DNA of 64,000 nt from Chloroflexota bacterium (GTDB taxonomy: Bacteria; Chloroflexota; Limnocylindria; QHBO01): assembly GCA_025699005.1 (NCBI GenBank), contig JAILWI010000001.1, positions 894,486 through 958,485 of the forward strand, written 5' to 3'. Positions 29,314 to 40,294 of the stretch are shown here, in pieces. Position 1 is the first letter of the stretch; the number at the start of each line of letters is the position of its first letter. Made by a program: the position numbers and the translations under genes. Below the pieces are notes generated by a model, which saw only the letters and a list, made by a program, of their open reading frames with translations, was not told where the DNA came from and did no database searches.

Positions 29314-30546
29314 ATGGTAGCGAACGCCGCGGGGCCCGCCGTGACCGCCCCGGCGAGCCCGGATGGCCGCCGCTCGGCGCTCGTCGCGCTCGCGATCGCC
29401 GTCGCTTCCGCGATCCTCTACCACGTCACGGTGATCGAGCGCGTCACGCTCGACAGCTTCGTGCCGCTCGCCGCGAGCTTCCTCGAGGGGCGTCTCCACA
29501 TCGCCGAGCCGATGCCCTGGCTGGAACTCGTGCCGCGGCCGGAAGGCGGCTGGTACTCACCATTCCCACCGATGCCGGCGATCGTGCTTCTCCCGTTCGT
29601 GGCGCTCTTCGGCCCCGGCTTCGACCAGGGCATCGCGACCGCACTCTTCGGCGGACTCAACGTGGGGCTCGTCTGGGTGCTGCTCGGCCGGATCGGCGTG
29701 GCGCGTGCGCCGGCGGCGTGGCTCACGGCGGCGTTCGGCATCGGCAGCGTGCACTGGTGGGTCGCCGGGACCGGCACCGTGTGGCTCCACGCGCAGGTGG
29801 TGGCCGTCTTCTTCATGCTGCTCGCGCTGCTCCTCGCGTCGTCGCGCCGCTGGCCGCTGGTCGGAGGGCTCATGCTCGGCTGCGCCGCGGCATCGCGCCT
29901 GCCGATGGGACTGACGCTTCCCCTGTTCGCGGCGCTCTACCTCGGCGTGGCCGGTTGGCCCGGACTTCGGCGCCCCTCGATGCGTGACGTGCGCGCCGTC
30001 GCCCTGTTCCTCGTTGGCGTCGGCGTGCCGGCGCTCCTCGTCGCGGGGTACAACCTGGCGCGGTATGGCACGCCGTTCGAGTTCGGGTACGGGTTGATCC
30101 CCGGTGTGCTCGAGGAGCCGTGGTACGCGCAGGGCCTGCTCTCACTGGACTACATCCCGCGGCACCTCCACCTCATCGTCATGCGCGGCTTCGACTATGT
30201 CGACCAGGCCCCGTGGTTCCGCCCGAACTGGAACGGGACCTCCCTCCTCCTCACGACGCCGATCCTGCTGTGGCTCGTGAAGGCCCGGGCGGCGACCCCG
30301 CTCGTCGCAGTCGCGTGGCTCTCCGTCGCGCTCGGCCTGCTGCCGGACCTGCTCCACGGCGCGCCGGGCTTCGCGCAGTTCGGATACCGCTTCATCCTCG
30401 ACGTCATGCCGATCCTGCTGGTCATGCTCGGATGGGTCTTTCGCGATCGCATGTCCATCGAGGCGCGGATCGCCATCGGGCTCGGCATCGTGGCGAATGC
30501 CTACGGCGTCTGGGCCGTCACGGTCGCAGGCTTCGTGAGCTACTGA
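29314..30546 (+). CDS. GT-C-like polytopic membrane protein (putative glycosyltransferase)
   Basis: YSPFPPMPAI, YNLARYGTPFEFGY, QFGYRFILD; GGGAGG RBS. Confidence 0.7.
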   Translation: MVANAAGPAVTAPASPDGRRSALVALAIAVASAILYHVTVIERVTLDSFVPLAASFLEGRLHIAEPMPWLELVPRPEGGWYSPFPPMPAIVLLPFVALFGPGFDQGIATALFGGLNVGLVWVLLGRIGVARAPAAWLTAAFGIGSVHWWVAGTGTVWLHAQVVAVFFMLLALLLASSRRWPLVGGLMLGCAAASRLPMGLTLPLFAALYLGVAGWPGLRRPSMRDVRAVALFLVGVGVPALLVAGYNLARYGTPFEFGYGLIPGVLEEPWYAQGLLSLDYIPRHLHLIVMRGFDYVDQAPWFRPNWNGTSLLLTTPILLWLVKARAATPLVAVAWLSVALGLLPDLLHGAPGFAQFGYRFILDVMPILLVMLGWVFRDRMSIEARIAIGLGIVANAYGVWAVTVAGFVSY

Positions 30547-31235
30547 TGGGGTGGTCACGCGCGACGGCTCCCGCGGCCGCGCTCCTCGGGGTCGTCATCG
30601 TGGTGCTCCTCGGGGTGGCGGTGAGCCTGGACCTGACCGACGCGCTCGACCGCTCGATCATCCGCGCCGTTCGAGCCGATGCCCTCGATGCGATTCTCTG
30701 GCCGCTGCGGTGGATCACGGAGCTCGGCTCGACCCGGGCGATCATCGGGGTGGCGGTGATCACGCTCGTGGTCGGGATCGGCGTCGGGCCGTGGCGGCAC
30801 GGCGCGATCGGCGCGATCGTCATCGGCCTGAGCTCGCTCGGGGTCGAGCTCATCAAGCGATTCGTGGCCCGTGAGCGGCCGGACTTCCTCGAGCCGGTCC
30901 TCGTCGAGCGCGGCTTCAGCTTCCCCTCGGGCCACGCGACGCTGTCGATGGTGGCCTACGGCATCCTCGGGATTCTCCTGTCACGGACCCCCATGCCGCG
31001 CCGCCTGCGACTCGTTCTGCTCGCGATCCTCGCCGTGGTCATCCTCGCCGTCGGACTGTCGCGCGTGTGGCTCGGCGTGCATTACCCCTCGGACGTCGTC
31101 GCCGGATGGACGACCGGAGCGGTCGTCGTCCTCGTGTTCGCCTGGGTCACCCGTTCGGTGTCGCCTGAGCCAATCGAGGCAGCGGTTGACGAGGATCCAG
31201 CAGCGCCACGATCCGATCCACCTGGCCGCGGCTGA
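30546..31235 (+). CDS. PAP2 family phosphatase
   Basis: KRFVARERP, SFPSGHA, SRVWLGVHYPSDV; TGATG coupling. Confidence 0.92.
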   Translation: MGWSRATAPAAALLGVVIVVLLGVAVSLDLTDALDRSIIRAVRADALDAILWPLRWITELGSTRAIIGVAVITLVVGIGVGPWRHGAIGAIVIGLSSLGVELIKRFVARERPDFLEPVLVERGFSFPSGHATLSMVAYGILGILLSRTPMPRRLRLVLLAILAVVILAVGLSRVWLGVHYPSDVVAGWTTGAVVVLVFAWVTRSVSPEPIEAAVDEDPAAPRSDPPGRG

Positions 31236-31713
31236 GGCGGCTGTCCGCGCTCACGAGGTCGGCGACGCGATCGTGGGATCGCTCCACCACGAGGCCGATC
31301 GGCTCTCCCGGATGCGGGACGACCTCCATGTCGGTGGCCGGGAGCAGCACCGGGTCGACCTGGGGAGGGAGCCCGGCCCGCTCGAGGTAGAGGCTGAGCC
31401 GTCGCCCGGCCAGCCGCGCCGCCGTCAACGGCGCCGCGTCCCATGGGATCCACGAGTCGGTGTCCCGGTTCCAGCGGTACCAGTGGCCGTTGCGACGGGT
31501 GAAGCGCCCGCGCTCACCGGCCATCGTGATCGTCCATGTCCCGCCGGGACCGACGATCACCGCGTCGATCGGCTCGATCCCGCCCGGCGACACCGTGCGG
31601 AACCAGTGGTAGTCGTCGTCGAGACGGCGCGCGAGCGCGGTAGCGACCCGGTCACCGGTGCTCAGGCCGGGGAGGCCCAGGCGTCGCGTGCGCGAGGCCG
31701 GGTGGTGGATCAT
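31147..31713 (-). CDS. NERD-like protein with degenerate nuclease motif
   Basis: [33 protein letters not shown]; GAGGAGG RBS; 3' end overlaps PAP2 by 89 bp. Confidence 0.65.
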   Translation of the reverse strand: MIHHPASRTRRLGLPGLSTGDRVATALARRLDDDYHWFRTVSPGGIEPIDAVIVGPGGTWTITMAGERGRFTRRNGHWYRWNRDTDSWIPWDAAPLTAARLAGRRLSLYLERAGLPPQVDPVLLPATDMEVVPHPGEPIGLVVERSHDRVADLVSADSRLSRGQVDRIVALLDPRQPLPRLAQATPNG

Positions 31714-31823
31714 GGCAGCGTCCAACCTCCTCTCCCTGCGGGCGTCGGATGGGCACGTCGAGTGTACCGCGGGTCCCGGTCAGCGGACAGGGCTTCTCGT
31801 CGATTGCCCGTATCATTCGGCCC

Positions 31824-32396
31824 ATGACCGACTCGCACGCCTCGCTCGAGGACGCCGTCCGCACCCTCCTCGAGGAGATCGGAGAGGATCCCGGCCGTGA
31901 GGGGCTGGCTCGCACGCCCGAGCGCGTGCGGCGCATGTACGACGAGCTGACATCGGGATACCACGTCGACCCGGACGCATTGCTCAACGGGGCGCGTTTC
32001 ACGGTGGACTACGACGAGATGGTCGTCGTGCGCGACATCGAGTTCTTCAGCCTGTGCGAGCACCACCTGCTGCCCTTCATCGGGAAGGCGCATGTCGGCT
32101 ACCTGCCGGAGGGCCAGGTCATCGGCCTGTCGAAGATCCCGCGCATCGTCGACATGTACGCGAAGCGGCTCCAGGTCCAGGAGCGGCTCACCGTCCAGGT
32201 GGCCGACTTCCTCATGGAGCGGCTCGAGCCGAAGGGCGTGGCGTGCGTGATCGAGGCGACCCATCTGTGCACGATGATGCGTGGCGTGAAGAAGCAGGAG
32301 GCGACGATGGTCACCTCGAGCATGGTCGGAACGTTCCGTCGCGACGCCAGGACCCGGGCCGAGTTCATGGGGCTCATCGGCAAGGGCGGCGCCTAG
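31824..32396 (+). CDS. folE: GTP cyclohydrolase I
   Basis: [41 protein letters not shown]. Confidence 0.96.
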   Translation: MTDSHASLEDAVRTLLEEIGEDPGREGLARTPERVRRMYDELTSGYHVDPDALLNGARFTVDYDEMVVVRDIEFFSLCEHHLLPFIGKAHVGYLPEGQVIGLSKIPRIVDMYAKRLQVQERLTVQVADFLMERLEPKGVACVIEATHLCTMMRGVKKQEATMVTSSMVGTFRRDARTRAEFMGLIGKGGA

Positions 32397-32453
32397 GTCC
32401 CCGCGATTTCGGCACAATAGGCGGCCGACGATCACCCCCACCATGAGGTTCGC

Positions 32454-32756
32454 GTGCCGTACGCCGATCCACTGACCGAGGCCGAGCTGCCGGCCGCGCT
32501 GCGAGAGATCCCCGACTGGGAGCTCGACGGCACCGTCATCCGACGCTCGACGACCACCCACGACTTCGCCGGCGCGGTCGCGCTCGTCGACGCCGTGGCG
32601 GCCGCGGCGGAGGCGGTGAACCACCACCCGGACATCCACCTGACCGGCTACCGGCGCGTGTCGTTCGAGCTGACCACGCACGCCGTCAAGGCGGTCACCC
32701 GGCGCGACATCGATCTCGCGAAGCAGATCGATCGGCTCATACTGGGCGACCGATGA
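32454..32756 (+). CDS. phhB: Pterin-4-alpha-carbinolamine dehydratase
   Basis: [23 protein letters not shown]. Confidence 0.9.
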   Translation: MPYADPLTEAELPAALREIPDWELDGTVIRRSTTTHDFAGAVALVDAVAAAAEAVNHHPDIHLTGYRRVSFELTTHAVKAVTRRDIDLAKQIDRLILGDR

Positions 32757-33157
32757 CCGATACGCCGATTCGCATCCTCATCGCCAAGCCGGGCCTCGAC
32801 GGGCACGACCGCGGCGCCAAGGTCCTGGCGCGCGGCCTGCGCGACGAGGGCTTCGAGGTGATCTACACGGGCCTGCGCCAGACGCCGGAGATGATCGCCG
32901 ATGCCGCCGAGCAGGAGGACGTCGACGTCGTCGGCCTCTCGATCCTGTCCGGCGCCCACATGGCGCTCCTGCCGCGAACGGTGGAGCTGCTGCGGGAGCG
33001 CGGCATGGAGGACGTCCTCGTCGCGGCCGGCGGGATCATCCCGGACGCCGATGTGACGAAGCTGAAGGCGGCGGGCGTCGCCGAGATCTTCGGGCCAGGA
33101 ACGTCGATCGGCCAGATCGCCCGCTACTTCCGCGAGCACGTCCGCCGCGAGGCGTGA
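32753..33157 (+). CDS. Acyl-CoA mutase small (cobalamin-binding) subunit
   Basis: [30 protein letters not shown]. Confidence 0.95.
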   Translation: MTDTPIRILIAKPGLDGHDRGAKVLARGLRDEGFEVIYTGLRQTPEMIADAAEQEDVDVVGLSILSGAHMALLPRTVELLRERGMEDVLVAAGGIIPDADVTKLKAAGVAEIFGPGTSIGQIARYFREHVRREA

Positions 33158-34071
33158 GCGAGCTCGTCGCCGAACTGGCATCCGGTGAGCGCCGGCCGCT
33201 CGCGCGGCTCCTGACGCGGATCGAGAACGGCGACGCGGCGCTCCGGCCCCAGCTCCAGGAGCTCTTCGGTGCCGGACGCGGGGCGCACGTGGTCGGGATC
33301 ACCGGGCCCCCGGGAAGCGGCAAGTCGACGCTCGTCAACGCGCTGATCGGGGAGTGGCGGCGCCGCGGGAGACGCGTCGGGATCCTGGCGGTCGACCCGT
33401 CCTCGCCCTACACCCGTGGAGCGATCCTGGGTGACCGGATCCGGATGATGGAGCATGCCGCCGACCGCGATGTCTTCATGCGCTCGATGGCGTCACGCGG
33501 AGAGCTCGGTGGGCTGGCGGCCACGACCTGGATCGCCGCCGCCGCCCTGGACGCCGCCGGCTACGACCCGGTGCTCATCGAGACGGTCGGTGCGGGGCAG
33601 TCGGAGGTGGAGATCGCGCGACTTGCGGAGACGACCGTCGTCGTCGAGGTGCCCGAGATGGGGGACGAGGTCCAGGCCATCAAGGCCGGGCTGCTCGAGG
33701 TCGCCGACATCGTGGCCGTGAACAAGGGAGATCGGCCGGGCGCCGATCGCGCCGCCCGGCAGCTGCGGGCGATGATGTCGACCGCCGGCGGCCGGGTCGA
33801 GCGAACGCCGCCGAAGATCATGGTCACGACGGCGACGAGCGGTGACGGGGTCGCCGAGCTCGCCGATGCGGTCGAGGCCCATCGCGAGCAGGCGCGGTCG
33901 CCGGTGGCAGCCCGCGGACGTGCCGCGAACCAGGTGCGTCGTGCCCTCGCGGACCTCGCCGCTACGAGAGCGCGCGAGCATCCCGCGTGGGACCAGACGG
34001 TCCAGGAGGTCGCGGATCGGGAGCTCGATCCGTTCACCGCCGCCGAGCGTCTCATGGAGGGCGTAGGCTGA
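33154..34071 (+). CDS. meaB: MeaB/ArgK mutase chaperone GTPase
   Basis: [36 protein letters not shown]. Confidence 0.95.
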   Translation: MSELVAELASGERRPLARLLTRIENGDAALRPQLQELFGAGRGAHVVGITGPPGSGKSTLVNALIGEWRRRGRRVGILAVDPSSPYTRGAILGDRIRMMEHAADRDVFMRSMASRGELGGLAATTWIAAAALDAAGYDPVLIETVGAGQSEVEIARLAETTVVVEVPEMGDEVQAIKAGLLEVADIVAVNKGDRPGADRAARQLRAMMSTAGGRVERTPPKIMVTTATSGDGVAELADAVEAHREQARSPVAARGRAANQVRRALADLAATRAREHPAWDQTVQEVADRELDPFTAAERLMEGVG

Positions 34072-34075
34072 CCCC

Positions 34076-34993
34076 ATGGACTCCCTGCTGAGCGACCACA
34101 CGCCCGGACCCACGATCCCGCTGCCGCCCGCGATCATCAACGCGCGGGCCGCATTGGCGGAGATCACTCCCACCCTGCTGCGCGTCTCCGACGGGCCCGC
34201 CCTCGAGCGTCGGTGGGCCTGGCGGCCGGCCGAGCGCGGCGCGACCGAGGCGCGCTACGGCTTCTACCGCTGCGCCGAGGCGCTCGATCGGGCGGGAATC
34301 GATGCGGAGCGAGCCCTCGCCGAGGCGGGCGTCGACCGTCCGCCGTCCTCGAGGATCGTGGCGCGCGCGACCGTCGCCCGGTGGGAGCTTCACGGTGTCC
34401 TCGCGGCGCTCGACGACGAGGACCTCGACCGAGACCCCGGCGGCGGGGAGTGGACGATCCGCCAGACCCTGGCCCACATCGTGAACGTGCAGCGCGCCTA
34501 CGCCAGCTTCACGGCCTGGTGGCTCGCGCGGCGGCACGAGCCGGACTTTCCGGCCGAGGTTCCCGATGGCGTGGGCGGCGACTTCCCCGACGAGGCATCC
34601 GAGGGCGTCGGCTCCCTCGCCGAGATCCGCGCCAGGCTGGACGACGCGATGGACACCGCGGCCGGCCGGCTCGGGTCGCTCGGGATCGAGGAGCTGGCGG
34701 CCAACGCGCGCTGGTCGGGCTACGCGGTCGACGTCGGATTCCGGCTCGGGCGATGGGCGTCGCACCTTCGTGAGCACACGATCCAGGTCGACAAGACGCT
34801 CGTCATGCTCGAGCGTCCGACGCGGGAGGTCGAGCGGCTCGTGCGCCACATCCATGCGGCGCACGGGCGAATGGAGTCGGTGGTGTTCGCGCTCCCGCCG
34901 TCCGACCTAGGTCCGGCGGCGCCGGTCATCGAGGCCGCGGCCGCGGAGATCCGGGAGGTCGCCCGGGGCGCGGCCTCGGCCGCATCGGGGTGA
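34076..34993 (+). CDS. DinB-family protein
   Basis: GEWTIRQTLAHI and SHLREHTIQ DinB His motifs. Confidence 0.75.
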   Translation: MDSLLSDHTPGPTIPLPPAIINARAALAEITPTLLRVSDGPALERRWAWRPAERGATEARYGFYRCAEALDRAGIDAERALAEAGVDRPPSSRIVARATVARWELHGVLAALDDEDLDRDPGGGEWTIRQTLAHIVNVQRAYASFTAWWLARRHEPDFPAEVPDGVGGDFPDEASEGVGSLAEIRARLDDAMDTAAGRLGSLGIEELAANARWSGYAVDVGFRLGRWASHLREHTIQVDKTLVMLERPTREVERLVRHIHAAHGRMESVVFALPPSDLGPAAPVIEAAAAEIREVARGAASAASG

Positions 34994-35048
34994 CTCCGGC
35001 GCCTCGGGGCACGCGAATCGCAACCCGCGCTGCTAGGCTCTCGTATCC

Positions 35049-35921
35049 ATGAGCATCGAACGCATCTACGTCATCGGCGCGGGGCTGATGGGTCACGGCA
35101 TCGCGCAGGTGAGCGCGGCCGCCGGCAAGCAGGTCACGCTGGCCGATCGGACGATGGAGATGGCCGAGAAGGGCAAGGCCCGCATCGGCGCCAACCTTGC
35201 GCGCCAGGTCGAGAAGGGCAAGCTCGAGGCCTCCGACGCCGACGAGCTGCTCGCCAGGATCACCCCGGCCCAGGGAGCGGACGGCGCCGCCGGCCACGGC
35301 ATCGTCATCGAGGCGGTCTTCGAGGACGAGGCGGTGAAGCGCGAGACCTGGGAGGCCCTCACCCGGAGCGCCGACCCTGACGCGATCTTCGCCAGCAATA
35401 CGAGCAGCATCAGCATCACCGGACTGGCCACCTCGACCGATCGCCCGGCGAAGTTCATCGGCCTCCACTTCTTCTCGCCGGTGCCGGTCATGGGTCTCAT
35501 CGAGATCATCCGCGGTCTGGAGACCGATGACGCGACCTACGACGCGTGTCGGAATCTCGCCGAGGAGCTCGGGAAGACGGTGATCGAGTCGAAGGACATG
35601 CCCGGCTTCCTCGTGAACCGCATGCTCGGCCCCTTCATCAACGAGGCCGTCTTCGCACTCATGGAGTCGACCGGCACGGCCGAGGACATCGACACCGGTG
35701 CGAAACTGGGGCTCAACCACCCGATGGGACCGCTCGAGCTGAGTGACTTCATCGGCAATGACGTGATGTTGAACGTGATGGACGTCCTCTACCGCGGCTT
35801 CGGCGATCCGAAGTTCCGGGCTGCGCCGCTCCTGCGACAGATGGTCACCGCGGGGCACCTGGGACGGAAGGCGGGACGCGGCTTCTACACGTACGACGAA
35901 TCCGGCAAGAAGGTGGGTTGA
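35049..35921 (+). CDS. hbd: 3-hydroxybutyryl/3-hydroxyacyl-CoA dehydrogenase
   Basis: IGAGLMGHGIA, IEAVFE, ASNTSS, GLHFFSP, PMGPLEL, GRKAGRGFY. Confidence 0.93.
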   Translation: MSIERIYVIGAGLMGHGIAQVSAAAGKQVTLADRTMEMAEKGKARIGANLARQVEKGKLEASDADELLARITPAQGADGAAGHGIVIEAVFEDEAVKRETWEALTRSADPDAIFASNTSSISITGLATSTDRPAKFIGLHFFSPVPVMGLIEIIRGLETDDATYDACRNLAEELGKTVIESKDMPGFLVNRMLGPFINEAVFALMESTGTAEDIDTGAKLGLNHPMGPLELSDFIGNDVMLNVMDVLYRGFGDPKFRAAPLLRQMVTAGHLGRKAGRGFYTYDESGKKVG

Positions 35922-37105
35922 TGGCGGTCGAAGCCGCACCGGCACGCGACCCCCTCGCCCTGAGCGAGGAGGAGCGGACGGTTCGCGACACCGTGCGCGA
36001 CTGGGCGCAGCGCTCGGTGGCGCCGGGCGCCGCCTCCCGCGACGAGGAAGAGCGGTACGACCGTCACCTCGTGGAGGAGGCGGGCGAGCTGGGCCTGACC
36101 GGGCTGCCGTACCCCGAGAAGTACGGTGGGGCGGGGATGGGCACGTTCGCGTGGGCCCTGGCCGTCGAGGAGATCGCCGCCGCCGACATGGGCCTGGCGG
36201 TCAGCCTCAGCGTCCACATCCTGAGCCAGCTCTGCATCTTCTCCCACGGAACCGACGAGCAGCGGGATCGCTTCCTGCCGTCGATGACCGCGGGCCGCGA
36301 CCTCGGCGCCTTCGCGCTCACCGAGCCGGAGGCGGGCTCGGATGCCGGGTCGATCAGCCTCACGGCCCGGAGGGATGACGATGCCTACCTCCTGTCCGGC
36401 ACGAAGATCTGGATCACGAACGCGGGTGAGGCCAGCCGGTACGTCGTCTTCGGCACGGTCGACCGTTCGCTCGGCAAGAACGGCATCACCGCCTTCGTCG
36501 TCGAGGGCGACACGCCCGGGTTCCGGCTCGGGAGCAAGGAACGGAAGATGGGGATCCGCGGCACGACGGCCCGCGAGCTCGTGTTCGAGGATGCGCGGGT
36601 TCCGGCCGCGAACCGTCTCGGCGAGGAAGGGCAGGGCCTGAAGGTCGCGCTCTCCGCCCTTGGCCCGGGCCGGATCAGCATCGCCGCCGCGTGCACCGGC
36701 CTCGCCCGCAATGCCCTCGAGCTCGCCACGCGCTACGCCCTCGAGCGACGGCAGTTCGGGCGCGCCATCGCCGACCAGGAAATGATCCAGGGCATGCTGG
36801 CCGAGATGGCAGTGCGGGTCGATGCGGCGCGGCTCCTCACGTGGCGGGCCGCACGGATGCGCGACGCGGGTCAGCCGATCAACTCGCCGTCGAGCATGGC
36901 GAAGTGGTACGCCTCGGACGTCGCGATGGCCGTGGCCACCGACGCGGTCCAGATCTACGGCGGCGCCGGCTACTCGCGTGACAATCCGGTCGAACGGCTC
37001 ATGCGTGACGCCAAGGGCGCGCAGATCTACGAGGGGACGAACCAGATCCATCGGCTGATCGTGGCGCAGCACCTCATTGAGACCACTCGGAGGTCCGAAC
37101 GATGA
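35921..37105 (+). CDS. Acyl-CoA dehydrogenase (butyryl/short-chain type)
   Basis: FALTEPEAGSDA, GTKIWITN, GRISIAA, RRQFG, QIYEGTNQI. Confidence 0.93.
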   Translation: MAVEAAPARDPLALSEEERTVRDTVRDWAQRSVAPGAASRDEEERYDRHLVEEAGELGLTGLPYPEKYGGAGMGTFAWALAVEEIAAADMGLAVSLSVHILSQLCIFSHGTDEQRDRFLPSMTAGRDLGAFALTEPEAGSDAGSISLTARRDDDAYLLSGTKIWITNAGEASRYVVFGTVDRSLGKNGITAFVVEGDTPGFRLGSKERKMGIRGTTARELVFEDARVPAANRLGEEGQGLKVALSALGPGRISIAAACTGLARNALELATRYALERRQFGRAIADQEMIQGMLAEMAVRVDAARLLTWRAARMRDAGQPINSPSSMAKWYASDVAMAVATDAVQIYGGAGYSRDNPVERLMRDAKGAQIYEGTNQIHRLIVAQHLIETTRRSER

Positions 37106-39060
37106 CCCGCGATTCCTCTGACGACCCCGGATCTTCTGCCGCGAAGGGGAAGACCACCGCAGCGTTCGAGCCGCTCACGCTTCCGGTGGAGCAGCGCGCG
37201 TCGAGCGTCGTCGACCTGATCCATCGGGCCGTGGTGGAGCACGGACCGAAGGAGGCGCTGCGCTGGAAGCTGCCGCGCACCCGCCGCCAGGCACGCGACG
37301 GCGTCGCCGAAGCCGATGAGCAGGCGATCTGGCGCTCGACGACGTACGCCGAGACCTGGCGCTGGATCCGGGACGTGGCCCTGGCGCTCCGCCAGCTCGG
37401 CATCCGGCGAGGCGACCACGTGTGCATCGTCAGCCGCACCCGGCCCGCCTGGCTCGTCGCCGACCTCGCCAGCATGTCGCTCGGGGCCGTCAGCTGTCCG
37501 ATCTACCCGTCCTCGGAGGCGAGCCAGGCGGCGTTCATCATCAACAACGTCGGCGCCAAGCTCATCTTCGTCGAGAATGCCCAGCAGGCTGCCAAGATCG
37601 AGTCGATCCGAGCCGAGTGCCCCACGATCGAGACGATCGTCGCGTTCGACGACCGAGAGAAGCTCGCCGACGGCGTCGTGAGCTTCGACGACATGTTCGA
37701 GAACGCCGCCGAGTCGCGCCCGGACGAAGAGGCGGAGTGGGACCGCGAGTGGCGCAGCCTGAGCCGCGATGACGTCGCCACCATCATCCATACCTCGGGC
37801 ACCACCGCCAACCCGAAGGGCGCGATCCTCACGCACGGCAACCTCGTGTTCAACTACGAGGCGGTCACCCAGGTCGTCGACTTCACGCCGGACGACCTCT
37901 TCCTGTCCTGGCTGCCCCTCAGCCACATCTACGAGCGGGTTGCCGGCATGGTGGTGCCCCTCGGCCGCGGATGCGGCATCGCCTACGCCGAGCCGATCGT
38001 CGAGCGCCTGCCGGCCAACATGGCGGAGGTCCGCCCGACCGTTATGGTGGCGGTGCCGCGCCTCTACGAGCGTGTCTACGCGCGGGTCCTCGCCGCGGTC
38101 GAGAGCGGTCCGCCGATCCGACAGCGGATCTTCCACTGGGCGGCCGGCCTGGGAGCCAAGAAGTACGCGAACCATCTCGCCGGGCGCGGCAACTCGCCGT
38201 GGCTGAGCCTGCAGCTGAAGATCGCGGACCGCCTCGTCTACGAGAAGATCCGGGCTCGGACCGGCGGGCGAGTGCGCTACTTCGTGTCCGGCTCGGCGCC
38301 GCTGTCGGGGGAGATCGGCGAGTTCTTCTACGGCCTGGGAATGCTCGTGCTCGAGGGCTACGGCCTGACCGAGACCTCCCCGTTCGTCTCGATCAACCGA
38401 CCCGAGACCTTCAAGTTCGGCACGGTCGGGCAGCCCGCGCCGGACACCGAGGTGAAGATCAATCCGGCGACCGGCGAGATCATGGTCCGCGGCCCGCAGA
38501 TCATGCGGGGCTACCTCAACGCCCCGGAGGACACCGCGGCAGCGATCGAGCCGGACGGCTGGTTCCACACCGGCGACATCGGGGAGCTGGACGAGGCAGG
38601 ACGCATCCGCATCACGGACCGGCTGAAGAACATCATCGTGCTCGGCAACGGCAAGAACGTCTCGCCGGCGCCGATGGAGGCAGCGCTCTACACCTCGCCG
38701 CTCATCTCCCAGGCCGTCGTCCTCGGGGATCGCCAGAACTACACCGGCGTTCTCATCGCCCCGGACTTCGAGGAGCTCGAGCGTTGGGCGGCGGCGAACG
38801 GCATCACGGAGATGCCCCCGGAGCAGCTGGTGGAGCAGAAGGCCGTCCAGAAGCTGTACGACGGAGAGGTGAAGCGCGCGCTGGCGAACTTCGGTGCACA
38901 CGAGCGGCCGCGGCGGACCGCGCTGCTGCCGCGCCTGCTCTCCGAGGAGGAGGGGGAGCTGACGCCGTCGCTGAAGACGAAGAAGCGGATCGTCATCGAG
39001 AAGTGGCCGGACAAGGTCGCCTACCTCTTCGACGAAAAGGGCGGCGACGCCGCGGGCTGA
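37102..39060 (+). CDS. fadD: Long-chain fatty acid--CoA ligase
   Basis: HTSGTTANPKG, LPLSHIYE, EGYGLTET, WFHTGDIG, ELTPSLK. Confidence 0.92.
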   Translation: MTRDSSDDPGSSAAKGKTTAAFEPLTLPVEQRASSVVDLIHRAVVEHGPKEALRWKLPRTRRQARDGVAEADEQAIWRSTTYAETWRWIRDVALALRQLGIRRGDHVCIVSRTRPAWLVADLASMSLGAVSCPIYPSSEASQAAFIINNVGAKLIFVENAQQAAKIESIRAECPTIETIVAFDDREKLADGVVSFDDMFENAAESRPDEEAEWDREWRSLSRDDVATIIHTSGTTANPKGAILTHGNLVFNYEAVTQVVDFTPDDLFLSWLPLSHIYERVAGMVVPLGRGCGIAYAEPIVERLPANMAEVRPTVMVAVPRLYERVYARVLAAVESGPPIRQRIFHWAAGLGAKKYANHLAGRGNSPWLSLQLKIADRLVYEKIRARTGGRVRYFVSGSAPLSGEIGEFFYGLGMLVLEGYGLTETSPFVSINRPETFKFGTVGQPAPDTEVKINPATGEIMVRGPQIMRGYLNAPEDTAAAIEPDGWFHTGDIGELDEAGRIRITDRLKNIIVLGNGKNVSPAPMEAALYTSPLISQAVVLGDRQNYTGVLIAPDFEELERWAAANGITEMPPEQLVEQKAVQKLYDGEVKRALANFGAHERPRRTALLPRLLSEEEGELTPSLKTKKRIVIEKWPDKVAYLFDEKGGDAAG

Positions 39061-39109
39061 CCGGCCACGGAATCCTGCGCTCACGTCGCCGCGGAGTACC
39101 ATGGCCGGC

Positions 39110-40285
39110 ATGAGTGACGTCTACATCCTCTCCGCCGCGCGCACCCCCATCGGCAAGTTCGGCGGAGCCCTTTCCACCACCCCGGCAACCGAGCTGGGCG
39201 CGGTCGCCATCCGCGCGGCCGTCGAGCGTGCGGGCGTGGCCCCGGAGCACATCGACGAGGCGATCATCGGCCAGGTGCTCCAGGCGGGTGCAGGCCAGGC
39301 ACCGGCGCGGCAGGCGGCCCTCAAGGCGGGATTGCCGGAGGGCGTGAGCGCGACCACGATCAACAAGGTCTGCGGCTCCGGCCTCAAGGCGGTGATGATG
39401 GGCGCATCGGCGATTCGTGCCGGCGACGCGAGCGTGATCGTGGCGGGCGGGATGGAGAGCATGAACATGGCACCGTATCTCCTGCCGCAGGCACGAACCG
39501 GGTACCGGCTGGGCGACGGCAAGGTCGTCGACGCCACCGTCCACGACGGCCTGTGGTGCTCGACCTGCAACGTGCACATGGGCATGCACGCCGAGCGCGT
39601 GGCGGCCAAGCACGACGTCAGCCGCGAGGCACAGGACGAGTTCGCGCTCCGCTCGCATCGCAACGCGATCGCGGCCCAGGAGGCCGGCCGCTTCGACGAC
39701 GAGATGGTCTCCGTGACGGTCCGCGGCAAGAAGGGCGACACCGTCGTCAGCGCCGACGAGGCGCCACGCTCCGACACGACGCTCGAGGCTCTTGCGAAGC
39801 TGAACCCCGCCTTTCAGCCCGATGGTGGCTCGGTCACCGCCGGCAATGCACCGGGTATCACCGACGGCGCGGCCGCGCTCGTGATCGCGGGCGAGGATGC
39901 GCTCGACGGCGCCACGCCGATGGCTCGCATCACCGGCTACGCCCAGGCCGATGTCGCGCCGGAGTGGCTGTTCGAGGCGCCGATCCACGGCGTCCGCCGC
40001 CTGATCGAGCGGGTCGGCGGCAGCGTGGACGACTTCGACCTCATCGAGATCAACGAGGCGTTCGCGGCACAGGTCCTCGCCGACGGCAACGAGCTGGGAT
40101 TCGACTGGGACAAGGTGAACGTCAACGGCGGGGCGATCGCGCTCGGTCATCCGATCGGCGCATCCGGTGCGCGGGTCTTGACGACGCTCCTCCACGAGCT
40201 CCGGCGCCGCGGCGGTGGCAGGGGTCTCGCAACCCTCTGCCTCGGCGGCGGGGGAGCGGTGGCGATGGCGGTCGAAACCGTCTGA
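39110..40285 (+). CDS. Acetyl-CoA C-acetyltransferase (thiolase)
   Basis: [31 protein letters not shown]; TACCAT -10 favours ATG 39110 over 39101. Confidence 0.95.
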   Translation: MSDVYILSAARTPIGKFGGALSTTPATELGAVAIRAAVERAGVAPEHIDEAIIGQVLQAGAGQAPARQAALKAGLPEGVSATTINKVCGSGLKAVMMGASAIRAGDASVIVAGGMESMNMAPYLLPQARTGYRLGDGKVVDATVHDGLWCSTCNVHMGMHAERVAAKHDVSREAQDEFALRSHRNAIAAQEAGRFDDEMVSVTVRGKKGDTVVSADEAPRSDTTLEALAKLNPAFQPDGGSVTAGNAPGITDGAAALVIAGEDALDGATPMARITGYAQADVAPEWLFEAPIHGVRRLIERVGGSVDDFDLIEINEAFAAQVLADGNELGFDWDKVNVNGGAIALGHPIGASGARVLTTLLHELRRRGGGRGLATLCLGGGGAVAMAVETV

Positions 40286-40294
40286 CCTGGGCGG

